64,000 nt of DNA. It comes from Thermoplasmata archaeon. GTDB lineage: Archaea; Thermoplasmatota; Thermoplasmata; Lutacidiplasmatales; UBA184. Shown here in pieces: positions 28,015-37,246 of this stretch. Both the position numbers and the translations under genes were made by a program. Position 1 is the first letter of the stretch. Each line of letters opens with the position of its first letter. The notes under the pieces are model-generated. The model made no database searches. It saw only the letters and a list, made by a program, of their open reading frames with translations, and had not been told where the DNA came from. The stretch covers positions 15,408-79,407 of the forward strand of contig JAKASE010000009.1 in the NCBI GenBank assembly GCA_021819135.1. Direction: 5' to 3'.

Positions 28015-30396
28015 GTGTCCGCACCGGCCGATCGGGACCGGCCGCCCTCTGGCGGGGCGTGCTGGGAGTTCGGGCCAGGGCTCCCCGAGGCCCCGAGGAG
28101 GGACCGGATCGCCGAATTCCGCAGCGGTGTCCGGACGGCGCTCCGAGTCGCCCACGGCTCCGGGGCATCGTTCTCGCTCCGCATCGTTTCGGGTCCGGAA
28201 CCTCGCGCCGACCTCACGGTCCAGCGCCCGGCGGAACAACGCTGGGCGAGGCGGGCCCTGCTCGCATGCTATCCACCCCACGCGTGGACCGAGGTCCGTA
28301 GGGACGACGGAGGCACGGTCGGGACCCCGGAAGCACGGTTCGCCCGTCGCCTTCGGTCCTGGCAGACCCCGCTCGGGGATCCCGCGGAGGCGCGATCGCT
28401 CTTCGACGCGCTCGTGCTCGCATTCGGGAGCCTCCCGCCCGGGCTATCGCTCGAGCTCGGCGCACGGCCGTTACCGCTGCGACGCCCTCCCTGGTGGGAG
28501 CTCGCGCTCGGATCGGGACCGCCAACCCCCACGACCGAGCGCCCGCCGGCGCTCGGCCGAGCTCCCCGTCCTCCGCCGGGCCCTCCGCCGATCCTTCCCC
28601 GTCCGCTCCTGTGGAACCTTCGGGTCCGCCTCGCGGGACGGCGGTCGATCGATGCCGCGGCGCGTACCGTCGAGCACGTCACCCACGTGGGGACCGACAA
28701 CGGCATCGTCTTCGGCCACTGGCCCCGAAGCATCGGGTCCCGGGGATTCGAGGTCACGGACGAGGAGCTCGTCCTCTTCCTGCCCGGGCCGGAGTGCCCG
28801 GCGATATTCCGGCCTCTCCCGCCGCCGCCGGGGAGCTCCCTCCTTCCCCTCGGACGGACCCGGTCCGGGGCGGTCGTAGGCATCCCGCTCGAGGGTCGAC
28901 AGGGACGCCACCTCGCCATCCTCGGGGAGACCGGGATGGGGAAGAGCTCCCTGCTCGTCGCCCTCGCCCATCGGATGGGCCGGGACCACGGGATCGTGCT
29001 GCTCGACCCGGTCGGGGAGACGGCGGAGGCGTTCGACCGCCATATCGACCCGCGAGCGCTCGGTACGAGGTACCTTCGCATCGACCCGGTCCTCTCGCCG
29101 GTCCGGGTCAACGCGCTCGAAGGGATCGGCCCTCCCGAGGTCGACTCGACCCGATCGGAGCGGCGCCTCAACGACCTCGTGCACGCGTTCCGCCGGGTCC
29201 GCGCCGGCCGGTATGCGGGAGGCTTCTGGGGTCCGCGCATCGATGAGATGGTCACGCGGGCGCTCCGCGCGGCCGCGGTGATCGAGAAGGGAACGATCGC
29301 CGATGCCCACGCCCTCCTGGCCACGGGGGGACGCACCTACCGGGACCTGCCTCCGGCATCGCTCGGTCCGATGCGCGAGCTCGCCGAACGGATCCGCGAG
29401 CGACCGGACGACGCCGAGGGGGCCCGTCGGCTGCTCTACGAGCTCGTCCGGAGCGCCACCCTCGAGCGGATGCTCTCGGCCCGGGACCCGGATCTCTCGA
29501 TCGACGATCTGGTGGCCCCGGGCCGGGTCGTCGTGATCTCGGGCCACGCCGCCCGGGTCGGCGAATCGACCGCCCGGTACCTCCTTTCCGTGTACCTCGC
29601 GCTCGTCTGGTCGTCCCTCCTCGCGCAGCGCGTCCCGGCGAAGACGTTCGTCCTGCTCGATGAGGCGCAGTGGTTCGCGCACGAGAGCCTCGCCGAGATG
29701 CTGACGCTCGGCCGCAAGCGGAACGTCCACGTCGTCCTGGCGACGCAATCGGTCGGGTCGCTCGAGCCGGAGTCTCTGCCGCCGGCAGTGTGGACGAACG
29801 TCGCGGACTTCGTCGCCTTTCGGGGCTCACCGGCCGAGGCGAAGGAGTTCGCGGCGCTCACGGTCGGCATCACCCCCGAGCAGTTGCTCGCCCTCCCGCG
29901 AGGGGAGGCCGCGGCCCTCCGGGGGAAGGGGACCTCCGTCCGCTGGATCCGGACCGCCCGCCTTCCGTCGCGGGAGCCCGTCGGAGAGCCGAGCCGCCCC
30001 GCCACGGACTCCCGTCCGAGCCCGGGGCCAGGACGGGCCTTCGAACGCTCGAGTGAGGCACCGGCCAGCCCCCCGCACGGGGCGCCTTCGCCGGGCGACG
30101 CGACGCCACCGACGGGTGAGGAGTCCCTCGTCGAGCATCTTCGAGCGCGGGCGGGGGGGACGGACCCGGGGGCGCTGCTGCGCGTCCCGCTCGACGAGCT
30201 CCGGGCCCGCGCGGGCTCGGACGAGGGGGTCGTCCGCCGGGTCGGCGGTCGGCTGGGACGGACCGGGGCCCTCGTTCGACGCGAGGAGGGCCCGGACGGG
30301 GGGGTCTGGGTGATCGATCCGACCCGGCTCCCGCCCCCGGGCGACATGCCCGAAGGGGGAACCGACCGGGGAGGTTCTTCCCCACGACAATCATAA
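28015..30396 (+). CDS. HerA/FtsK-superfamily (DUF87-like) P-loop ATPase with ~250-aa Pro-rich N-terminal extension and Pro/Gly-rich C-terminal tail
   Basis: Walker A (AILGETGMGKSSLL), Walker B (TFVLLDEAQWFAHES) and downstream VHVVLATQS, typical of HerA/FtsK/VirB4-type ATPases. No TM segment seen. The N-terminal ~250 aa and the C-terminal 120 aa are low-complexity, so the true start may be further downstream. Confidence 0.6.
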   Translation: MSAPADRDRPPSGGACWEFGPGLPEAPRRDRIAEFRSGVRTALRVAHGSGASFSLRIVSGPEPRADLTVQRPAEQRWARRALLACYPPHAWTEVRRDDGGTVGTPEARFARRLRSWQTPLGDPAEARSLFDALVLAFGSLPPGLSLELGARPLPLRRPPWWELALGSGPPTPTTERPPALGRAPRPPPGPPPILPRPLLWNLRVRLAGRRSIDAAARTVEHVTHVGTDNGIVFGHWPRSIGSRGFEVTDEELVLFLPGPECPAIFRPLPPPPGSSLLPLGRTRSGAVVGIPLEGRQGRHLAILGETGMGKSSLLVALAHRMGRDHGIVLLDPVGETAEAFDRHIDPRALGTRYLRIDPVLSPVRVNALEGIGPPEVDSTRSERRLNDLVHAFRRVRAGRYAGGFWGPRIDEMVTRALRAAAVIEKGTIADAHALLATGGRTYRDLPPASLGPMRELAERIRERPDDAEGARRLLYELVRSATLERMLSARDPDLSIDDLVAPGRVVVISGHAARVGESTARYLLSVYLALVWSSLLAQRVPAKTFVLLDEAQWFAHESLAEMLTLGRKRNVHVVLATQSVGSLEPESLPPAVWTNVADFVAFRGSPAEAKEFAALTVGITPEQLLALPRGEAAALRGKGTSVRWIRTARLPSREPVGEPSRPATDSRPSPGPGRAFERSSEAPASPPHGAPSPGDATPPTGEESLVEHLRARAGGTDPGALLRVPLDELRARAGSDEGVVRRVGGRLGRTGALVRREEGPDGGVWVIDPTRLPPPGDMPEGGTDRGGSSPRQS

Positions 30397-30423
30397 TAGG
30401 GTACGGAACGGCTCTCGCTACCG

Positions 30424-31257
30424 ATGGCATCGACAGTGGAGAGCCCTCCGACGGACTCCTCCCCTCCGCCGGTGCCGACCGAACCGAACCCGCCCGCGAC
30501 CCTGATGAGCGCGGCGAACGTCCTCGCCCGCTGCGCGACCGGGATCGAGGGACTCGACAATGTCCTGGAAGGCGGGATCCCGCGGGGCAACATGGTCCTC
30601 GTCGCCGGGAGCGTGGGCACCGGCAAGACGACCCTCTGCCTCGAGTTCCTCGTCCACGGCGCGGAACGGGGGGAGCGCTCGCTCTTCATCTCGGTCACCG
30701 AGTCGTCCTCGAAGCTCATCCAGAACCTCTCGACGTTCGAGTTCTTCCGACGGGACCTGATCGAGCAGGGCTCGCTGGTCTTCGTGGACCTGCCGGCGAT
30801 CTACGACCGCCTCGGGCTCGGTCGGGAGGAGATGACCTCGGAGGAGATCGACATCCTCATCCGGACGATCCGGGACATGGTGAAGTCCCTCGGGGTCCGG
30901 CGTCTCGTGCTCGACAGCCTCACGTCGGTATGCTACCGGATCCGGCGGGACGAGCAGATCCGCGATTTCATGCTCCGCCTCGGCCAGGAGCTCAACGAGC
31001 TCGGGTGCACCTCGCTCCTCGTCTCCGAGATCGGTCCGAACCCGGCCCGCTACTCCCTGCATGGGGTCGAGGAGGCGATCGTCGACGGGGTGATCCTCCT
31101 GTGGAACACGCGTCGGATGGGGGACATCCTCCGGGTCGTCCAGATCGTGAAGATGCGGGGGACCGCGCATTCGCGCGCGCAGTACGTCCTCGAGCTCACC
31201 CCGATCGGGATCCTGATGGCGCCCCACCTGAAGGGCGGGCGCGAGGGGGGCACCTAG
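30424..31257 (+). CDS. KaiC-like RecA-superfamily ATPase (single domain, intact motifs)
   Basis: GIEGLDNVLEGGIPRGNMVLVAGSVGTGKTTLCLEFL (Walker A), catalytic Glu region ISVTESSS, Walker B RRLVLDSLTSV. C-terminal VVQIVKMRGTAHS matches COG0467 KaiC/RadB-like proteins. Confidence 0.8.
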   Translation: MASTVESPPTDSSPPPVPTEPNPPATLMSAANVLARCATGIEGLDNVLEGGIPRGNMVLVAGSVGTGKTTLCLEFLVHGAERGERSLFISVTESSSKLIQNLSTFEFFRRDLIEQGSLVFVDLPAIYDRLGLGREEMTSEEIDILIRTIRDMVKSLGVRRLVLDSLTSVCYRIRRDEQIRDFMLRLGQELNELGCTSLLVSEIGPNPARYSLHGVEEAIVDGVILLWNTRRMGDILRVVQIVKMRGTAHSRAQYVLELTPIGILMAPHLKGGREGGT

Positions 31258-31261
31258 TCCC

Positions 31262-31843
31262 GTGCCGCTCGACATCGGCGAGCGGCTCCGCTCGCTCCCG
31301 AGCGGGAGCGCGGTCGCCCTCAAGCTCGATCCGCGGGAGTACGCCGACCACTACTTCGCGGTGCTGAACGCGACCCTGCGTGACGTCGGGAGCGAGACGA
31401 ACGTCCACACGATCTACGTCGCGGTGACGAACCCCGCCGCGTTCGTCTGGTCGCTCGCGCAGGCGCTCGACGTGCCGATCGACCGGATCAGCTTCGTGGA
31501 CGCGATCAGCCACATCATGATGAACTACGCGAACTCGCTCCCGAACGCGACGTACGTCGACAGCCCGCGGGCGCTCGAGGAGATCATGCTGCGCGTGGAG
31601 TACCTCCTGCGGAAGTTCCCGCATCCCCGCTCGATCGTCGTCATCGACAGCGTGAACTCGCTCGCGATTCACAACCCGCCCGAGCTCCTCAGCGAGTTCT
31701 TCCACATCCTCCTCAACAATCTCAAGAGCCGTCCGGTCCTCACGCTCGTGCTCGAGACGTCGGAGGAAGAGGCGACCGGCGTCGAGCAGATGCTGAACCT
31801 CGTGGTCGACGAGACGATCGACGTCGCCCGCGCGGGTCGGTGA
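31262..31843 (+). CDS. KaiC-like fold protein with degenerate Walker A (predicted ATPase-inactive paralogue)
   Basis: 193 aa with a RecA/KaiC-like layout (SIVVIDSVNSLAI Walker-B-like strand). The P-loop is replaced by LPSGSAVALKLD, with no GK[ST]. Confidence 0.5.
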   Translation: MPLDIGERLRSLPSGSAVALKLDPREYADHYFAVLNATLRDVGSETNVHTIYVAVTNPAAFVWSLAQALDVPIDRISFVDAISHIMMNYANSLPNATYVDSPRALEEIMLRVEYLLRKFPHPRSIVVIDSVNSLAIHNPPELLSEFFHILLNNLKSRPVLTLVLETSEEEATGVEQMLNLVVDETIDVARAGR

Positions 31844-31850
31844 ACTCCTG

Positions 31851-32633
31851 ATGGTCGAGACGCAGAACATCTTCGGGATCCCCGAGGTCGACACCCCGCT
31901 CTCGACGGCGCTGCCGTTGGGATGGCTCGCGCTCCTGAGCGGGACCTCCGGCTCGGGGGCCCCCCTGCTCGCGAAACAGTTCGCCCACGCCGGCGTCGGG
32001 AGCGTCCCGGTCCTGTTCTACACGACCTACGAGCGGACCGCCGACGTCCGCTCGACGTTCGAGGACCTCGGGTGGGACCCGACCTCGGTCACGGTCGTCA
32101 ACCTCGCGGACGAGTACTACGAGCGGGTCCTCGTCCGGGGCCTCGACGTCGCCCGGGCCCGGGAGGTCGGGCTCTCGATCGAGGAGATCATGGAGATGCG
32201 CCCCGCCAGCGCGACGCTCGGCTCGTTCAGCCTGACGAACCGGATGCTGAGCGACCTCGCCGCGATCGACAGCCCGTTCCGGCTCGTGGTCGACTCGATC
32301 GACTTCTTCTTCGAGGTCCTCGAGCCGCAGGACGTCACCATGGTCGCCCGCCAGATCCGCCACCGGTGCCAGACGATCGGCGGTCAGGCGCTCCTCACCG
32401 CGCACTCGATCGCGCACGACCGGGCGGTCTTCGGCCTCCTCCAGGACCTCGCCGACGTCGTGTTCGAGCTCAAGGGGGAGCCTCGCGGGGACCACTACGA
32501 CCACGCGCTGTATCTCGAGAAGATCGCGAACCGTCCGGACCTCACCCACATCTGGGACGCGATCGTCGGGGAGTCCGGCTGGCACGTCGAACCCCGGAAG
32601 ATGCCCCGGGGCGACAAGATACCCTCGGCGTAA
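31851..32633 (+). CDS. KaiC-like fold protein with degenerate Walker A (second inactive paralogue)
   Basis: 260 aa. The P-loop position reads LLSGTSGSGAPLLAKQF, lacking Lys and Thr. Walker-B-like FRLVVDSIDFFF is retained. Confidence 0.5.
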   Translation: MVETQNIFGIPEVDTPLSTALPLGWLALLSGTSGSGAPLLAKQFAHAGVGSVPVLFYTTYERTADVRSTFEDLGWDPTSVTVVNLADEYYERVLVRGLDVARAREVGLSIEEIMEMRPASATLGSFSLTNRMLSDLAAIDSPFRLVVDSIDFFFEVLEPQDVTMVARQIRHRCQTIGGQALLTAHSIAHDRAVFGLLQDLADVVFELKGEPRGDHYDHALYLEKIANRPDLTHIWDAIVGESGWHVEPRKMPRGDKIPSA

Positions 32634-32681
32634 GCCAACCTTTAAGGCGGCCCCGCGGCTCCTTGCCGCGAGGCAGGGACC

Positions 32682-33467
32682 GTGGAGGACGTCGTCATCC
32701 GGACGCTCGATCAGGTCGAGCTCCGCGACCCGATCCTCGTGGAAGGGCTCCCCGGGGTCGGGAACGTCGGGAAGCTCGCGGCGGACTACCTGCGTGAGCA
32801 GCTCGGCGCGAAGCCGCTCGCGACCGTCTATTCGAAGTTCTTTCCCCCCCAGGTCTACGTCTCGGAAGAGGGGATCATCCGGCTCGTCTCGAACGACCTG
32901 TACTACTGGCGGGCGCCTGCGAGCGCCCACCATGACGTCCTCATCCTGGGCGGGGACTACCAGGGGATCAGCCCCGAGGGCCAGTACGAGATCACGCACC
33001 GCGTCCTCGACTACTGCCACGGGCTCGGCGTCCGGGAGGTCTTCACGCTCGCCGGCTTCGCCCAGGGGCGGGTCGTGGAGACGCCCCGGGTGCTGGGCGC
33101 GGCCACCCTGCCGACCCGAGTCGAGTCGCTCAAGAAGCACGGGGTGGTCTTCTCCCGGAACGATCCGGGCGGGGGGCTCATCGGGGCGAGCGGGCTGTTC
33201 CTCGGCCTCGGTCGCCTGTTCGGGATGGAGGGGGCCTGCCTGATGGGGGAGACGAGCGGCTATTTTGTCGACCCACGGAGCGCGGAGGCCGTCCTCAAGG
33301 TCCTGGGACGGGTCCTCGAGGTCCCGATCGACTTCGCCGCGCTCGAGGCGAAGGCGCAGGAGATCGACCGCATCGCCCAGAAGATCCACGAGGCCGAGCA
33401 GCGGACCGCCGAGCCGACGTCCGCGACGGGTCCCGCCTCCCGCGAGGACCTCGGATACATCGGCTAG
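32682..33467 (+). CDS. PAC2-family protein (proteasome assembly chaperone-like)
   Basis: LVEGLPGVGNVGKLAADYL N-terminal signature of archaeal PAC2/PbaA-like proteins. ~260 aa. Confidence 0.65.
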   Translation: MEDVVIRTLDQVELRDPILVEGLPGVGNVGKLAADYLREQLGAKPLATVYSKFFPPQVYVSEEGIIRLVSNDLYYWRAPASAHHDVLILGGDYQGISPEGQYEITHRVLDYCHGLGVREVFTLAGFAQGRVVETPRVLGAATLPTRVESLKKHGVVFSRNDPGGGLIGASGLFLGLGRLFGMEGACLMGETSGYFVDPRSAEAVLKVLGRVLEVPIDFAALEAKAQEIDRIAQKIHEAEQRTAEPTSATGPASREDLGYIG

Positions 33468-33477
33468 AGCCCCGTCC

Positions 33478-34638
33478 GTGCCCGATCGGGACGCGGGACC
33501 GAGGGCCCCCAGCGCTTCCCGGACCGACGACCCCGAACGGGCCCGGCGCCTCCTCGATCATCTCGCGCGTGAGCCGCGGTCCGACGCGTTCATCCCGTTC
33601 GACCGGTTCATGGAGCTCGCCCTCTACGCGGAGGACGCCGGCTTCTACGCCACCGACCGCTCCCCCCTCGGTGCCGAGGGCGACTACTACACGGCCGCCC
33701 ACGCGTCTCCCCTCTTCGGGCAGACGATCGCCGCCCACCTGGCCGCGGTGCATCACGCGCTCGGCCGAGACCGGCCGTTCCGGGTCGTCGAGCTCGGGCC
33801 CGGGGACGGCACGCTCGCCCGCACCGTGCTCGAATCGTTCGGGTCCGGCGAGCGCCTCGGGGGCGAGATCGAGTACGCCCTCGTCGAGCGCTCGGAGCGA
33901 CTCGCCGAACGGGCGTACCGCGAGACTGACGCCGCCGCTCACCGCGCCGGGATTCCGCTCCGCGTCCGGGGATCGGTCGGCGAGGAAGGGCCGTTCGAGG
34001 GGGTCGTACTCGCGAACGAGGTGCTCGACGCCCAGCCGGCGCGCCGCCTCCGATGGACCGGCACGGCGTGGCGCGAGCTTGGCGTACGGATCGAGGCCGG
34101 CCGAGTCGTTCCGGCCGAAGCGCCGCCGCTCCCGGTCCCGCCTCCCGAGCTTCCGGTGCCCTCCGAGGTCGGGACGATACTCGAGATCTCTCCCGCAGCC
34201 GAGGCCCTGGTCCGGGAGGTCGGCGACCATCTCGTCCGCGGGGCGTTCGTGCTGTTCGATTATGGGATGGAGGAGGCCGAGCTCCTGAAGGGGCACCCAA
34301 GCGGCACCCTCGCCGCGGTCCGAGGCCACCGGGCGGGGATCGATCCGTTCGAGGCCCCCGGGACCGCCGACCTCTCGATGTTCGTCAACTTCGGTCGGAT
34401 CCGCTACGCATCGCGGAGGGCCGGGCTCGAGGAGGCCGCCTACTGCTCCCAGGCCGAGGCGCTCGGGCTCTGGGGCCTCTCGGCCCGGATCGAGGAGGCG
34501 ATGCAGACCGCCCCCTCCCCGGCGGAAGAGGTCCGGCTCCGCCTCTCGGCGAAGAACCTCATGTTCGGCTTCGACACCTTCCGACTCCTCGAACTCGCGC
34601 CGCCGGCGAGCGCCGCGGCCATCCGGTCGGTCACGTAG
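33478..34638 (+). CDS. MidA/NDUFAF7-like (DUF185) SAM-dependent methyltransferase
   Basis: FDRFMELALYAEDAGFYAT...GDYYTAAHASPLFGQTIAAHL and RVVELGPGDGTLA (SAM motif I) match DUF185. The GTG start at 33478 was chosen because the upstream ORF part overlaps the PAC2 gene. Confidence 0.65.
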   Translation: MPDRDAGPRAPSASRTDDPERARRLLDHLAREPRSDAFIPFDRFMELALYAEDAGFYATDRSPLGAEGDYYTAAHASPLFGQTIAAHLAAVHHALGRDRPFRVVELGPGDGTLARTVLESFGSGERLGGEIEYALVERSERLAERAYRETDAAAHRAGIPLRVRGSVGEEGPFEGVVLANEVLDAQPARRLRWTGTAWRELGVRIEAGRVVPAEAPPLPVPPPELPVPSEVGTILEISPAAEALVREVGDHLVRGAFVLFDYGMEEAELLKGHPSGTLAAVRGHRAGIDPFEAPGTADLSMFVNFGRIRYASRRAGLEEAAYCSQAEALGLWGLSARIEEAMQTAPSPAEEVRLRLSAKNLMFGFDTFRLLELAPPASAAAIRSVT

Positions 34639-35350
34639 TGGGCCGCTCGGGTCCGACGGAGACCGGCTCTGCGACCGCGGCGTCGATCAGAAGCTTCGCG
34701 ATCTCGGCCGGTAGCGAGACGAGGTCGTCGGTGCGCAGGTCGAGCGTCTCCACCCCGACCTCGATCGGTCGACCGCCCTTCAGGATCCGCAGGTACCGGA
34801 GATCGGTTCGGGGCAGGCCCGGCTTCGCTGCCGGCGGCGGGGTCGCCGGAGGCGTGGGAGCCGGAGCGGAAGGGGCGGGAGGAAGGGATGGCGGGGGCGG
34901 TGTGCGGGCCGTCGGGCCGGGAGCCGCCGCAGCCCCCGAAGGCTCGAGGTACGGGGCCGCGGTGCGCCGGTGCTCGAGGATGGCCCGGAGCACCTGGTCG
35001 AACAGGGACCGCTCCTCGCTGAGAGCGTTCGGAAGATCCCGGGCCCCTCCGATGCTCGCCTGGAACGCGGCGGTCACGACCTTTTGGGCGCGTCCCTCAA
35101 CGACATCCCGCGCGAGCTGGCTCGCCCGCTGGTAGGTCTGTCGGGCGAGCTCCCCTTTCCGGCCCGAGGGGTTCTCGCGCAGGTCCGCCTCGTAGCTCCG
35201 TCGGACCTCGGCGAGGTACGCGGCGGTGGTCGCGTAGAAGTCGTGCGGGAGCTTCGAGAGCCCCCGGACCGCGGATTCGTTCCGCCGCCATTCGAGGAGG
35301 AGTGAGAATTGGTCGGGCATCTCCGGGTCCGCGAGCGCCTCCCACTCCAC
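34631..35350 (-). CDS. GINS complex subunit Gins51 (Gins15)
   Basis: N-terminal A-domain signature (LSKLPHDFYATTAAYLAEVRRSYE) and C-terminal B-domain (LRYLRILKGGRPIEVGVETLDLRTDDLVSLPAEIAKLLIDAAVAEPV). The Pro/Ala-rich linker is unusually long. Confidence 0.65.
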   Translation of the reverse strand: MEWEALADPEMPDQFSLLLEWRRNESAVRGLSKLPHDFYATTAAYLAEVRRSYEADLRENPSGRKGELARQTYQRASQLARDVVEGRAQKVVTAAFQASIGGARDLPNALSEERSLFDQVLRAILEHRRTAAPYLEPSGAAAAPGPTARTPPPPSLPPAPSAPAPTPPATPPPAAKPGLPRTDLRYLRILKGGRPIEVGVETLDLRTDDLVSLPAEIAKLLIDAAVAEPVSVGPERPTT

Positions 35351-35542
35351 ATAGGTATACTTCGTTGGCGGTCATCGCTCGGTGGGGCGGAGGACCCCCT
35401 TGCGGGACCGAGCGCCTTCCGCCCCGTTCTCCATGCGATCACGCCTCCGGCCGGACCGCAGAGGAAGGAGGAACATGCGGAGAACGGAGCCGGCCCCCTC
35501 GGGACAGGGCACCTGCGCACGCTCCACGACACCATACGCAAT

Positions 35543-36688
35543 ATGCTGCGAAATACACCATTTTTATACGCGGAAACCGCGCCAGGCGCAAGGCACGGCG
35601 TATGGAATGTCGTCCCGGACCTCGTGCGCACCGCGCCCCGGGTCGCTCTCAACGAGACCGAGCGAAGGATCCTCACCGGGTGGGCCAACCCCTCCGGGTC
35701 GCCGGATGCGCGGACCGTTCGGGCCCGGATCATCCTCGCCGCCTCCGAAAGACGCTCGAACCGGGAGATCGCGATGGCCCTGGGGCTCTCTCCCTCGACC
35801 GTCGGACGTTGGCGGAGACGGTTCGCGGTCTACGGACTGCGGGGGATACGGTATTCGGCTCCCCCCGCGCGGCTTCCGTCGACCGCTCGGGCCCGCCGGG
35901 AGCGCCGGGTCCTCCGCACGCTGCTCTCGCGGCCGCCTCCCGGAGCGCGGTGGAGCGTGCGGAGTCTCGCCCGGCACCTCGGGCTGAACCACATGTTCGT
36001 GTTCCGTACCTTGCGAAAGTACGGCTACGAACCGCGGACCGCGCTCCAGCGACGCGGCGAGCGGAGGGCGCGTTCGCTCGACGTGACCGGCCTCTACCTG
36101 GGGCCCCTGACCCGGGGGATCGCGTTCGCCCGAGGCCTTCCCGCTCCATCGCCCAGCGTGGGGACTCCGCCGGGCGCGACCGCCTCCGGGTCGCTCCCGA
36201 GCGACCCGCTCCTTCGCTCGGTCGGGGACGCGCGCGGGGAGTTCGAGTGGTTGCTGGCGGAGTCCTCCCGGATGCTGCGGTGGGGCGGCGAGCGGTCGCT
36301 CCGGGCCGCGCGGTACGACCTCTTGATCTTCCTCCAGGCCCTGGAGCGTTCCGTTCACGGCGCCACATCCTTCGAGGCGATCGTCTTCTCGCAGGACCCG
36401 ATGGTCCGGCAGCGGGCGGAGCGGTGGCTCTCCGCGCATCCGCGCTGGCGCCTCGCCTGGGCCGACTCCCTCGCAGAGTGGACGGAAGCCGTCGAGCGGA
36501 TGCTCCCGGGTCCCCGCCCCGGGAACGCCCGTCGCGCGACGCTTGGCTCGATCGACTCGCTCTTCGCCGGCGTGACCCGGGCCGCGGGCCGGACGGGGCC
36601 CGACCCGGACTCCCTCGTCTGGATGTGGAGATCCCCCGCGCCGTCGCTCGTTCCGGCGCGACCGGCGGTCCCGGACCCTCATCGGTGA
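35543..36688 (+). mobile_element. IS630/Tc1-family transposase-like gene, apparently degenerate (possible pseudogene or domesticated copy)
   Basis: N-terminal tandem HTH typical of IS630 (ETERRILTGW...SNREIAMALGLSPSTVGRWRRRFAVYGLRGI...WSVRSLARHLGL..VFRTLRKYGYEP). Followed by DVTGLYLGP and a C-terminal region aligning to the IS630 DDE domain (FLQALERSV...AIVFSQDPMVRQRAERWLSAHPRWRLAWADSLAEWTEAVE). The canonical first acidic residue context (SVDEKSQ) is not recognisable. The start is uncertain: ATG 35543 or GTG 35624. A TTTTTATA box lies at 35561-35568. Confidence 0.55.
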
Positions 36689-36728
36689 CGGGCGCCGCAT
36701 CGCTCGGGTCGGCGGGATCGGGGGTCCG

Positions 36729-37178
36729 TTACCGGTCGGGGGACCGGACGAACTGGTCGAGGGTGCCGCCCAGTTGTTCGGCGATACGACGGGCCCAGCC
36801 GTACAGTCCCTCGACGTGGACGAGCTCGCCGCGCAGGATGTGGGCGAAGCGACGCCGGTACTCGAGATCGAGATCGACCCGCTCCGCCTCGAGGAACCCC
36901 TTGAGCCGCCGGGCGAACTGGCCGCCCTCCGCGTCCCAGTCGGTCAGCAGGATCACGGGGCGGCTCTGGCCGACGAGCCGGTGGGCGGTCTTCGATAGGG
37001 TCTCTCCGCGGTGGATCAGAAGGATCGGCCCGTCGAGGCCGAGACGACGCAGCGCGCGCCGGTCCCGTTCCCCTTCGACGACGACGACCGCCCCCTCCTC
37101 CTCGCTCGCGCTCTTGAGCTTCTGCCAGAGCTCGACGAACGCTTCGAACGCCGCCTCGGCATCCCGTCCGTTGCGCAT
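36729..37178 (-). CDS. small Toprim-domain protein
   Basis: 149 aa from an internal ATG. Contains VVVVEGERDRRALRRLGL and ILLTDWDAEG, i.e. Toprim E...DxD motifs. The upstream part of the long ORF-track entry was rejected. Confidence 0.5.
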   Translation of the reverse strand: MRNGRDAEAAFEAFVELWQKLKSASEEEGAVVVVEGERDRRALRRLGLDGPILLIHRGETLSKTAHRLVGQSRPVILLTDWDAEGGQFARRLKGFLEAERVDLDLEYRRRFAHILRGELVHVEGLYGWARRIAEQLGGTLDQFVRSPDR

Positions 37179-37246
37179 CGTCCCGAAGGTCCACGCCCCG
37201 GTCGGACCGGGTCGGCGCGTTCCGCGAACGGGAGAGCCCGGGGGGA

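Noticed and set aside
26648-30719. Very long alternative-frame/antisense ORFs (26648-28879 plus, 28471-29748 minus, 29436-30719 minus, 28269-29336 minus)
   Set aside because: They overlap the DRG GTPase and the HerA-like ATPase, which have clear P-loop motifs. Their composition is low-complexity Arg/Pro/Gly/Ser.
30424-32633. Interpretation of the KaiC-like genes as a circadian clock
   Set aside because: No KaiA/KaiB homologues are nearby. The proteins are single-domain, and two lack P-loops. The KaiC-like fold in archaea is generally non-circadian.
31740-33389. 549-aa minus-strand ORF antisense to the KaiC-like paralogues and PAC2 gene
   Set aside because: Antisense artefact. The plus-strand genes show RecA-fold and PAC2 signatures.
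35564-36700. 378-aa minus-strand ORF antisense to the IS630-like gene, and 35382-35987 plus-strand alternative frame
   Set aside because: The plus-strand frame carries recognisable IS630 HTH and DDE-region homology. The others lack motifs.
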